From Thraustochytrium aureum (lineage: Eukaryota), in assembly GCA_012862495.1 (NCBI GenBank), contig BLSG01000404.1, positions 1 to 58,215 on the forward strand: DNA of 58,215 nt, written 5' to 3'. Both the position numbers and the translations under genes were made by a program. Below, in pieces: positions 13,101-23,302 of the stretch (positions are counted from its first letter, which is position 1; every line of letters begins with the position of its first letter). A model generated the notes under the pieces. It worked only from the letters and a program-made list of their open reading frames with translations, did no database searches and had not been told where the DNA came from.

Positions 13101-16100
13101 ACCCCCGACGGGTTTTGGGACTTCCTCGTCCAGGGCGGGGACGCGATGCGCGAGCTGCCCGCCGATCGGTTCCCCGGCCTCGCGGAATCCAAAGGCGTCT
13201 ATGTGCAGCGAGCCGCCCTTCTGCACCCTGACGTATTCGACGATGCTACTCGCGCTTCGCACCTTGCAGCATCCGCGCGAGTGCCCTTTTCCGGGGCTGA
13301 GCTCGCCGGGGCTGATCCGCACCAGAAAATCGCTTTGCAAGTCGCCATTGAGGCCCTCGACGAGGCTCGCGCTGGCGGGGCCGACCTGTCCAAGGTCGGC
13401 GTCTTCGTTGGAGCGCAGAATCCGGAATTTACGGTGGCTCAGCAGGGCAAAGTTTCGACGTATACTGCAACTGGGACGGCGCTGTCCATTATCGCCAACC
13501 GCATCTCGTTTGCGCTCGACCTCCGTGGTCCATCGATGACAGTCGACACTGCTTGCTCCTCTTCGCTTGTTGCGCTTGACGCGGCTTCCAAGGCGATCAG
13601 GAACGGCGACTGCACCGCAGCTTTGGTTCTCTCGGTGGACTTGATGCTCTCGGTCCATCGGTTCGAAACAACCTGCGCAGCGCGTATGCTGAGCCCTCGC
13701 GGCAGGTGCGCAACCTTTTCCGCCGACGCAGACGGCTACGCGCGGGGCGAAGGCTGTGGAGCTATCGTAGTAGCTGCCTGTGCGGCAAGCCTCGCGCCCG
13801 CATACGCCACAGTGCGAAGTGTTGCCATCAACCAAGACGGACGCAGCGCCAACCTCACCTCCCCGCGCGGCCCCGCGCAAGAGGAGGTGATCCGAGAGGC
13901 CCTACGGCGCGCTGAGATTGACCAAGCAGCCATGGAGGATGTGGCGTTTGTAGAGTCGCACGGAACTGGAACAGCCCTTGGCGACCCGCAGGAGCTCACA
14001 GCGCTGGCCAACGTCTTCCAAGGCCGGAAGAACCCGCTCCTGGTCGGGGCGACCAAAACCAACGTTGGGCACCTGGAAGCGGCGGCCGGCATCGTGGGAC
14101 TCATCAAAGCTGCACTTTGCTTGTCCCGCCGCGAACTTCCGGGCAACCTCCACAACGACGCAGAGAACCCTCGGCTTGCGCGCCTGCGCTCCAAGTGCGT
14201 CATGGAATTCCCGCGCGGCAGGCCAACCGCGTTGCCCAGGTCGGGGATGATCTTTGCAGGCGTTTCCTCCTTCGGATTCGGAGGGACGAACGGACACGCC
14301 ATCCTCGGCTCGGTCGCCCCAGAGCGCGCTGCGGCCATGCGCAAGCTTGCCAGGCAAAGGCCAATGACGGGCCCGGGGCAAAAGACCTTGAATGTCGTTG
14401 GCGGCGGAGAGGGGCGATGGAAGATTGGCATTGAGGCAGAAGGACTCAGTGTTGTGCGCCAGCACAGGGTCGGCAACCTTGAGGTGGTGCCTGGGACTAC
14501 GTACATCGAGCTCATCGACGCACTCGTCAGCGCTGAGAGCGACTCGCCCGCTTTTCTGCTCACCGACCTCGACTTCCACGCGATGCTCTTCGTTGGAGAA
14601 ACTGCCGAGCGACTGGACCTGGCCGTCGTAGAGGTTGGCGAAGACGCGTCTCGTCTCGGAGGGCAGACGCCTCGAAATCCGCTCCGATGACAGCAAGAAG
14701 TGCTATGCTGCGCTGACGCTCGAAATCTTGGCGGAGCCTCGCGCTGAGGCACTCGACCTCGCCCGCATGCAAGCGCTCTGCACGGTTGAGCTCCCTGCCG
14801 GCCCAGAGCTGTACGCTTCGTGCGGGAACGCGTACGCAGGCCCCTTTCAAGGACTGACAGAGGCCCGAGCTAGCCCGGACGGCTCGTTGCTCCTTGGCTG
14901 CGTCAAGCTGAGCAGCGCGGTTTCGCAAACAATGCAACCGTCAGTGTGGCTCGACGTGGCCTCTCACGTTGCGCTTGCGGCACTTCCAGCGTCAATGCGG
15001 TCCCGCCCTGTCTTCGCGGCACGCGCCCATGGGTATTACTCTGCTCCACGGAGTGCCAAGCGACTTGAGTCGGACTGCCTCTGGACTGTCCTGGAGCGGC
15101 GCGGAGAGCGGGCCTTCAACATGCGCGTGTTTGCCGCAACCAGCGGGCAGTTGCTGGCCGAAGTGAGCGAGTTTGAGTTTGGCTTCTTCAACGCGCCGAA
15201 CGCCGCGCGACTGATCTACCGAGACGTGTGGGTGCCGCCTGGCGATGCCGCGCGGCCCGTCTCGCCAGGGTCGCGCGCTTTGCTTATCGACTCTGCGTCT
15301 GTCCCGGAGCTTCTTGGCGCTGTGCAGGATGTCGTACGGCATGGCACAAACGGCCGCCGTGTTCAAGTGTTGGCTCGCACTGCTGGCCAGGTCGGGCTTT
15401 GCCGCTCGCTTGCAACGGAGCACCCGGCGCTCGGAGTTCAATGCGTCGTGCCTGGGACTGGTCAAGCTGTCGACGGGGAGCTCGCCAAGGCGGCGGAGGC
15501 CGCACTTGCGATTCCGGAAGCCGAGGTCCGACTTGACCGCGACGGAATACGGGTGCGCCGCCTCGAACGGTGTAGCGAGAACGAGCACGGGCCGCGTGCG
15601 ATTCGTGTCATTCAAAACGGGACCTACGTGGTGTCTGGCGGCCTGGGCTCACTCGGACGCCTTGTCTGTGAGGAGCTCGTCGCGCGCGGCGCTGGTCGTG
15701 TCATCGTGCTGGGGCGGTCAGAGCCATCGCCATCGCAACCAGTTCCACACAGGTGCGAGTTCCTCATTTGTGACGTTTCTGACGAGACCGCCCTCACCAG
15801 AGCAATCGGGCCATTCTGTGGCGAGATTCGAGGCGTCGTCCACTGTGCCGGCGTGCTCCAAGACAAGACAATCCTGAATCTCTCGCGAGCGGACCTTGAC
15901 GCCGTGTTCGCCGCAAAGGTGCTCGGCGCGCGCAACTTGGACATGCTGGTGTTGCCCAAGCTGGACGCCTTCGTCCTGTTTTCNNNNNNNNNNNNNNNNN
16001 NNNNNNNNNNNNNNNNNNNNNNNNNNNNNNNNNNNNNNNNNNNNNNNNNNNNNNNNNNNNNNNNNNNNNNNNNNNNNNNNNNNNNNNNNNNNNNNNNNNN

Positions 16101-19100
16101 NNNNNNNNNNNNNNNNNNNNNNNNNNNNNNNNNNNNNNNNNNNNNNNNNNNNNNNNNNNNNNNNNNNNNNNNNNNNNNNNGCTTTCTGCCGTTGAAGGGA
16201 TCGAGGCGCTCTTCGCCGTCCCGGCGTCTGCCGGTCCCGTGGTCACAATCACGCACTTGGACGCGGAAGTCTGTTCTCGTCGGGGGGACCTCTACATGGC
16301 CAGGCTCGTCCAGCCTGCTGTAGCGAAGGCTGCGATCGAGGAAACGCCGCTGGTGTGTGCGGGACGGGCCAGGCCATGGCGGCCCGCCTAGGGTCTCCGG
16401 CAGCTTGGCTGCGTTTCGTTCTTGACGCAAGCGAAGAGGTCAACCCAGGCGCAGGAGTCGGGCAGAATGCCGCAAGCACGCCATGGCGCGAGGCCGGCCT
16501 CGATTCCTTGGGGATGGTGGAGCTTCGGAATATGCTGCAGCATGCGGCTGGCATCGAGCTGGAGGAGACGATCCTTTTTGACCACCCTACCCCGCAAGCT
16601 GTGGCAGACTGGCTCGCGGGCCAGGCGCCACCGATGCAAGTGGCCGCGGTGGACGCAGGTGCCGTCGATTCAGCTGCTTGCGGCTCCTTCGAAGCCGGGG
16701 GGTCGAGACCCGCTGCCGAAGAAGACGACGCGGTAGCTATTACAGGTGTTGCTTGCAGGCTCGGCGGCGGAATCGAGTCCCCAAGCGCCTTCTGGAACCT
16801 TTTGTGTAGCAGTCAGCACGTGATCCGGGAGGTCCCTCGGGATCGTTTCAAAGTCGACAACCTCTACGACGCAACGCCGGGGACTCCAGGCAAGGCGTAC
16901 ACATTCCAAGGCGCTTTCCTTGCCGATGTTGAGCTCTTCGACCACACTGCTTTTGGGGTGTCAGAGCAAGAGGCCATGCGCATGGACCCTCAGCAACGCC
17001 TCGCGCTCGAAGTTGCTGTCGAAGCGCTGGCGGGCGCCGGTCTCGTCGACCCAACGCGCCCAACGGCGGGGACGAGGGAGAACATCGGCGTCTTCGTCGG
17101 TGCCATGACTAGCGACTGGGCCGTGCTTGCTGCCACAACGAGCAGCAAAGACGGGCTAGGGCCCTTTGGCCCGCCTTCACCTTTCACGGCGACAGGGCAC
17201 GCGAGCGCTGTTATCGCAAACCGCATCTCATACGAGCTCGGGCTAAGCGGGCCGTCGCTGGCTGTCGACACTGCCTGCAGCTCTTCGTTGGTGGCACTTG
17301 ACATTGCCCTCGCAAGCTTGGAGCGCGGCGACTGCACGGCAGCCGTGGTGCTCGGGGTCAACCTCATCCTCTCGCCGCACCTCTACATTGAGGAGTGCGC
17401 CGCACGGATGCTCTCTCCAACCGGCCGCTGCCACACATTTTCGGCACAGGCGGATGGATACGTGCGCGGCGAAGGGTGCGTCGCATTCGTTTTGCAGCGG
17501 GTGGGCAGCATCGCCAACAACCTTTCCCGAGCCCCGCCTCTCGCTGTGGTCCGCGCGGTGGCCGTCAACCAGGACGGCCGCAGCGCGAACTTGACCTCCC
17601 CGAACGGGATTGCGCAGCGCCAAGTGATAGAGCGGGCCATTCAGCGCGCGCGCGCCTCGGTTGACGATGTCGACTACATTGAGACGCACGGGACCGGCAC
17701 CGCTCTGGGCGACCCCTTGGAGGTGGCGGCACTATCCAAGACCTTTGCTGCTCGGAATGCTTCGCGGATGCTCTGCCTTGGGGCAGCCAAGTCAGCCGTG
17801 GGCCACACTGAGGGCGCCGCCGGGGCCGTGGGACTCCTTAAGGCAGTGCTCTGTTTGCACCACGGCGTCGTGCCAGGAAACGCAAGCCTGCGCTGTGCAC
17901 CAGATCTTAGCCCCAAGGTCGCAAGCGTTGCTCTGCCTCAGATGGTCTTCCCGGGCCATGGCGACCAGTTCGAACTGCGCAAAGATGCGCTTGTCGGTGT
18001 TTCGTCGTTCGGTTTTGGAGGCACCAATGCTCACGCCATAGTCTCCCGCTGGCGGGGGGACGCGAGGGCGCCCAAGCCGACCCGGACCTCGGGGTACAAG
18101 GCCGTGTCCTTGGAGCAAGACGAGATTTGCGTGGGTCGACCCAGAGCACGTCTTGGCGCTACCCCGTTCTGATCTCGCGCAGCGCCTGCCAGTGCAGGTT
18201 TTCGGCCTGGGCCTCGAAAATGTTGGACCAGCTTGCCTCGCCGTTGACCGGCTGGCCTGGAATGCCCTGCGTGCTGGCGGGAGTTCGCTTCTCTCTGGAG
18301 TTGAGGTGCGGGATCTGTGGTCGCTGGACGCCCGCGGACTTTCAGAGCCGCACCATGGCGACGAGGCCCGTGCGGCTGTAGCCGAGGGTGGGAGCGCTGC
18401 CGCAGGCCTCGTTTCGGCGATTTGCCAGCTCGACCTGTTTGCTCCGCAGCCAGCAAGTCGCCAGCTCGATCCCGTCAACGGTCTGCTGCGCCCCATCGAA
18501 GAGCGCGGTGTAGGTTTCCTCGGCCGCGCGGGCGGCGCTGTCGTCGAATCCGTGTGGCGGCACCCTGAGGGCTCGTTGTTGATCCACTTTCCCGCGGGGG
18601 CTGCATCCGAGAGCTGCGTCGTTGATCCGCTTGCGTTCTGCATTGCAGTGCAGGCACTTGAGCTCGATTCACAAGTGGCTCAGTCCCTCGCGTCAAGCAA
18701 TACCCAGGAGCTCGTGGCTGTGGACCGCCTTGCCGTTCTAGCACGGCCGCGGGGCGCGAGATGCTCTTTCGCTGCGCTTGTTGAGCCCCGCGAGGGCCGG
18801 ATCTCCTTCGCAGACATCACTGGGGGTCGGTGCAAGGTCCTCGTCGTTCTGGACGGCGTTCGCTTTGGCGATGGCGCGAGGTTTGGCAACACGAGCGAGT
18901 TCAAGCGTGTGTGGCGCCCGTGCGGCTCGTTCCGAGTGAGCGAGCGTGGAGCGCTTCCAATTACCTGCGACGCTGACGAGCTCGCTCGCGCCGTGGTTCC
19001 AAGCCAGACACTTAATACTGGAAGGGACGCGGCGTTGCAAGCCAAGTGCTCGTCGGGCATCCGCGCTGTTCTCGCGCGGCTTGATGCCGACTTTCAGCCG

Positions 19101-22100
19101 GCCGAGCCGCACCTCGTTGCTGCCTTGGCACGATGGCGCGACGCGTACCAGGACGAGCCGCAAGACACCACAGCAACGGGGCACGGGCAATGGGATGGGC
19201 CAGAGTTCGAGTTTTTCGAGTTGTGCGAGCCCCACCTCGAGGACATCATTCGCGGCCGCGTCAAGGCGGTCGACGTCCTCTTCGCCAACCCGGCGCTCAC
19301 AACGCGGCTGTACCGCGACTCGGGCCCCTCAGAGCCCTGCAACGTTGCGCTTGCTCAGAGCGTGCGACATATCGCTTCCGAGATATTGTCTGCGCGGGGC
19401 CCGGGGGCGGTGGTCCGAATCCTCGAGCTCGGCGCGGGCACCGGGGGCACAACGATGCATGTGCTGCCTGCGCTTGGAGATCTCGCGCGCCAAGTCGAGT
19501 ATGCCTTTACTGACATCAGCGACTACTTTCTCCGTGCCGCAGCGAAACACTTTTCTGGTTCTGCGGCGGCGATGCAGTTCCTGCTCTTGGATATCGAGCA
19601 GGACGCCAAGGCGCAAGGATTCGGGGATTGCAGCGTCGACATTGTGATTGCCTCCAATATAATCCATGCGACGCAGAGCCTGCGCACTACACTCGGCAAC
19701 GTGCACCAGATCCTCGCCGAAGGGGGATACCTGTTGCTGAACGAGGCGACCGTTTCCACGGCGTTTCTAGACGGCACCTTTGCGCTCACTGACGGCTGGT
19801 GGAGGTACCTGGGCGTCGACGAGGCACGGCGATCGCGCTCAGGGCCGCGTCCTGGACCCTGCTTCCTGGGGCTCGGTGNNNNNNNNNNNNNNNNNNNNNN
19901 NNNNNNNNNNNNNNNNNNNNNNNNNNNNNNNNNNNNNNNNNNNNNNNNNNNNNNNNNNNNNNNNNNNNNNNNNNNNNNNNNNNNNNNNNNNNNNNNNNNN
20001 NNNNNNNNNNNNNNNNNNNNNNNNNNNNNNNNNNNNNNNNNNNNNNNNNNNNNNNNNNNNNNNNNNNNNNNNNNNNNNNNNTCTCCGTGTCGAGAATCGT
20101 GCATCGGGCCGCGCAAGGCCAGGTTGTCTTCGCCGCCCAGCGCCCCGTCCAGGAAGCCACTCTGGCAAAGAAGCCGGACGCGCCCTTTCTCACTCCTGCT
20201 GGGTGCCGGAGGCTGGAACACAGCCTCAGTCGTGCCGCTGCGCAAGGAACCAGCGTGCACATTCTCTCACGCGTTGCCCTGGAGGACGTGGCGACAGCGG
20301 AAGCCATTCAGCACGTTGCCTTTCGCGCCGCTAGCGCTTTCGTCAAGGGCCCAGATCACACGCTCGTTTTCGTGACTTGCTCGGACGAGTGCCCCGCGCA
20401 CGCCATGGCTTGGGGCATGGCCGCATCGATTCGGAACGAAACGCCAAAACGCGTGCTCTGTATTGATGTGGCCGCGCAGCTGGATGCGCAACAGGTCGAG
20501 GCACTCGTGCGCGCCGAGGTGGATGGCCTCGCAGAAGGCGACAGGGCAGAGTACCAGGTGCGCTTTGACCCGGCCGGGCGCCGGCTTGTGGCCAAGCTCG
20601 TCGCTTGCGATGCTGCACGACAGCTGAACGCTGTTTCTCGCCCGGGTCACAGTGGCGTGGTGGATCCTCGCGGCACGTATTTGATCACAGGCGGTCTTGG
20701 CGGGCTTGGCCTCGTGGCCGCCAGCCTGCTGCTTGAGTGCGGGGCGCGCAACCTCGTCCTCGCCTCCCGGTCTGGGACTCTCAGGCACGGCTTGGCATCC
20801 GAGGAGGTAGAGCGAGAGCTAGTCCAGGTGATTCGGTCGTGGCCTGGGGCGAATGTTCTGGAGGCTGCTTGCGATGTGTCTGACAGCGCAAGCATCAAAG
20901 CGCTCTTGGATCGGGTCGACGCAAGCATGCCTCCAGTTGTGGGAATAATCCACTCGGCAGGCCTCACGCACGACGCGCTCTTCAAGGAGCAAGAGTGGGA
21001 TTCGCACTTCGTGCCGCTCCTTGGTGCCAAGGCGCGCGCCGCCCTGCTCCTTCACAACGAGTCCGTTGAGCGGGGCTACGAGCTTTCCTCGTTTTGTGGC
21101 CTTTTCCTCTGCGGCTGGTACGTTCGGCTCGCCTGGCCAGGCCAACCACGCCGCGGCGAACGCGGTTCTTGACGCTCTGGTAGAGCTCCGCCGCTCCCGG
21201 GGGCTTTGCGGCGCCTCGATCGCCTGGGGCGGCTGGACGGGGGTCGGTGCGGCCGTCGACAAGGTGGGCGCGAGCTCGAAGATTGCGCAGCTCGGCATGG
21301 GTCTCGTACCTGTTGAAATGGGTCGGAGCGTTCTGCGAAAGGTCCTCGCGCACGATGTGGATGGCTGCTTTGTGGTGTCCCCCATCGCGTGGCCAGCATT
21401 TGTTCGGCAGCAAGCCGACCTCGATTTTGTGAGCCCGTGCGTCACCAACGGCGCTAGTTCGCGCGAGGGGGCTTCGGCAAGCGTGCTGCAAAAGGAGCCC
21501 GAAAGGGCCAACGTCCAGGATGTCGTTGACGCTGCGCAAGTGCCCGGCCCATCCGTATCGGGTTCCGATTCCGAGCTGATCAACTTGCATGTCGAGCTCG
21601 AGGCGCTCCTGGCGCGATGCGGTGTGGGATGCTTGGAGACAAGCTTCGTGGACCAAGGCCTCGACTCGCTCAGCTCAATCGAGATCATCGCACTCGTACG
21701 GGAGGAGTTTGGGACCAAGCTCACGCCAACGTTTTACTTGGACCTCGAGAACGGCCTCGCGCTTGCAGAGCACTTGCTCGCTTCGCAAGCCCAGACGCGA
21801 GTACCGCAAGGCAGCGCGCCCAGTCGGGCACTTGATGGTTCTGTCGCGGCCTCCCGCGCGCAAGCGAGCGGGGAGCCTCGCGCGGCAGGTCCGACGGACC
21901 TCGCCTCCTCGCCGTGGATCGAGCCGCCGCTCAAGCCGGCGATGCGGCTGTTCTGCTTTGCGTACGCTGGAGGGCACCCGAACGTGTTCCAGTGCTGGCT
22001 GCCGTTCGTGCCGTCCTCGATCCAAATCTGCCCGATCTCAATGCCGGGGTACGGCAAGCAGACCGACCGCCCATTCTGGAGCTCCGTGCCCGACTTGGCA

Positions 22101-22745
22101 GAGTCGATGTTCCGCTCGCTACCGACCGACGTCCCGTTCGCTCTGGTTGGCTCGTGTCTCGGCGCCATCGTCGCGTTCGAGGTTGCCAAGCGGCTGGGAA
22201 CGGCGGGCGGTCCCCTTCCCTCCCTGTTGTTCCCGATCGCATGCTGCGCGCCGCAAGACTACTCGGCGGCACTGCGACTGCTCTACAGCAACCGGCTCAA
22301 GGAGAACACCTTTTTCGTCCCTTCTGACGAGGAGCAAGCTGTCGAGCGTTTTGCCGATCTCAGCGAGGCGGAGCGCGAGTTCACTGTGAACGACTTGCGC
22401 AGCCTCGGGTTTTTCAAGGACGACGAGACGCTTGCCAATCTGAAGGCCAATCAGGCCTATTTTGAGCACGTCATGTCGCAGCTCGCTGGGCAAATGCAGC
22501 TTGCAGAGCGATACCAATTTGTCCAAGGCGCCCTTCCGGCGGGCATGCCGGTTGTGAGCGTCAGCGGCGCGATGGACGAGACGATTCCGGAGGGTTGGCC
22601 GAGGCGTTGGGGCGAGAGGGCAACCCAGGCTCAGCACAAGCACTTTGAGATCGAGGATGGAGGGCACTACCTTGTCCACACGCATCCCCGCGAGGTAACT
22701 GAGATCTTGCTTGATGCACTTTCTGGCGCTGCCAGGTCGACATAG
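6235..22745 (+). CDS. Giant AT-less modular type I polyketide synthase (~5500 aa; GNAT loading module, 4 extension modules, TE), frameshifted and gapped in this assembly
   Basis: ATG 6235, TAG 22743-22745. Consecutive + strand ORF pieces join inside domains. 4 KS (each DTACSSS, HGTGT, GH[TL]E), 5 ACP (GxDS), 4 KR, DH, C-MT, TE. No GHSxG acyltransferase is visible. Confidence 0.93.
7207..10100 (+). other. PKS module 1: KS-[gap 8438-9024]-KR-ACP
   Basis: KS IDTACSSS/EAHGTGT/GHTEGAAG/SFGFGGTNAH. KR SGGLGGIG, ASLAD (B-type-like Asp), GQANYAAAN. ACP AGLDSLGM, Ser at 9976. Confidence 0.88.
10174..12960 (+). other. PKS module 2: KS-KR-ACP
   Basis: KS MDPQQR/DTACSSS/ETHGTGT/GHTEAAAG. Structural KR part (FEVDW..IWGLVRSARLERP). 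KR TGGSGGIA..GAAYAAAN, with gap 11981-12183 inside. ACP AGFDSLSM, Ser at 12828. Confidence 0.9.
13045..16620 (+). other. PKS module 3: KS-DH-KR-ACP
   Basis: KS DTACSSS/ESHGTGT/GHLEAAAG. DH QHRVGNLEVVPG and PSVWLDVASH. KR SGGLGSLG, AGVLQD (B-type); its catalytic Tyr region falls in gap 15984-16180. ACP AGLDSLGM, Ser at 16505. No ER. Confidence 0.9.
16727..21785 (+). other. PKS module 4: KS-degenerate DH-C-methyltransferase-KR-ACP
   Basis: KS DTACSSS/ETHGTGT/GHTEGAAG. MT ILELGAGTGGTT, FTDIS, SNIIHAT, LLNE, GWW. KR TGGLGGLG..GQANHAAAN. ACP QGLDSLSS, Ser at 21666. The DH-sized segment (~18170-18870) lacks the catalytic His and Asp. Confidence 0.88.
21940..22745 (+). other. PKS terminal thioesterase (type-II/GrsT-like sequence, Cys at the nucleophile position)
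   Basis: RLFCFAYAGG, MPGYG, PFALVGSCLG (Cys codon 22155-22157), GAMD, GGHYL. Confidence 0.88.
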
Positions 22746-23302
22746 GGTTAGTGCGGCTGTTTCACATTTGAGGAGGGGGAGGCCTTGTATGAGGCCGTGT
22801 TGGGCCGTAAGCAGCGTACCACGCTGTGACGCCCCCAATCGGGTTTGGCAGCACTCTCAGCAGTGGTCCGCAACACGTGCACGCACGGCAATGGATGAAA
22901 TCAAATTTTATCTTTTGAGATTGATTCTCGATGATTGCAACGATGATTTGGCTGTTGGTGCTTTACCTACTCTTGCTAGTATACTCACTGTCAATCCTGA
23001 ATTCATTCAAGAAAAAGGGCTCCGCATGCACGGTAAGTACTCGAGTTGATTGAATTGGCGGGCTTCCGATTCTCACTCTCTGGCGTTCCACCATTGATGG
23101 CGGTTGGGAACGTGGTTCGTTTACCCGAGACCCGAGCAAAAATAATGCTTCAAGTAGGCCAATTGATTGAACGAGACCTTGACTACTTACACGCGCGCGC
23201 AAAATCGAATGGCGCGCTATCCAGGCAGCGTGCCAGACGCGCAAACGCTCGCGTTGCCTCGCCAAGGTCGTCCGCAACGAGCGAGACGCGCTTCCGCCAA
23301 AC

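Noticed and set aside
9950..21700. Beta-branching ACPs
   Set aside because: No Trp six residues after the ACP Ser, and no HMGS/ECH genes.
6235..22745. Bacterial contaminant contig
   Set aside because: The PKS 3' end is ungapped with eukaryotic genes (20082-29511). No operon partners are seen. Ancient HGT remains possible.
6235..22745. PUFA synthase, FAS or NRPS hybrid
   Set aside because: No malonyl transferase, tandem ACP array, chain-length factor, ER, or C/A domains.
6235..22745. Multi-gene PKS operon, or introns explaining the ORF breaks
   Set aside because: Breaks fall within domains or linkers with homology continuing across one base, and no GTAAGT..CTGAC..AG spans them.
6235..22745. 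Lack of introns as HGT evidence
   Set aside because: Most host genes here (ACTR1, mnmA, FZR1) are also intronless.
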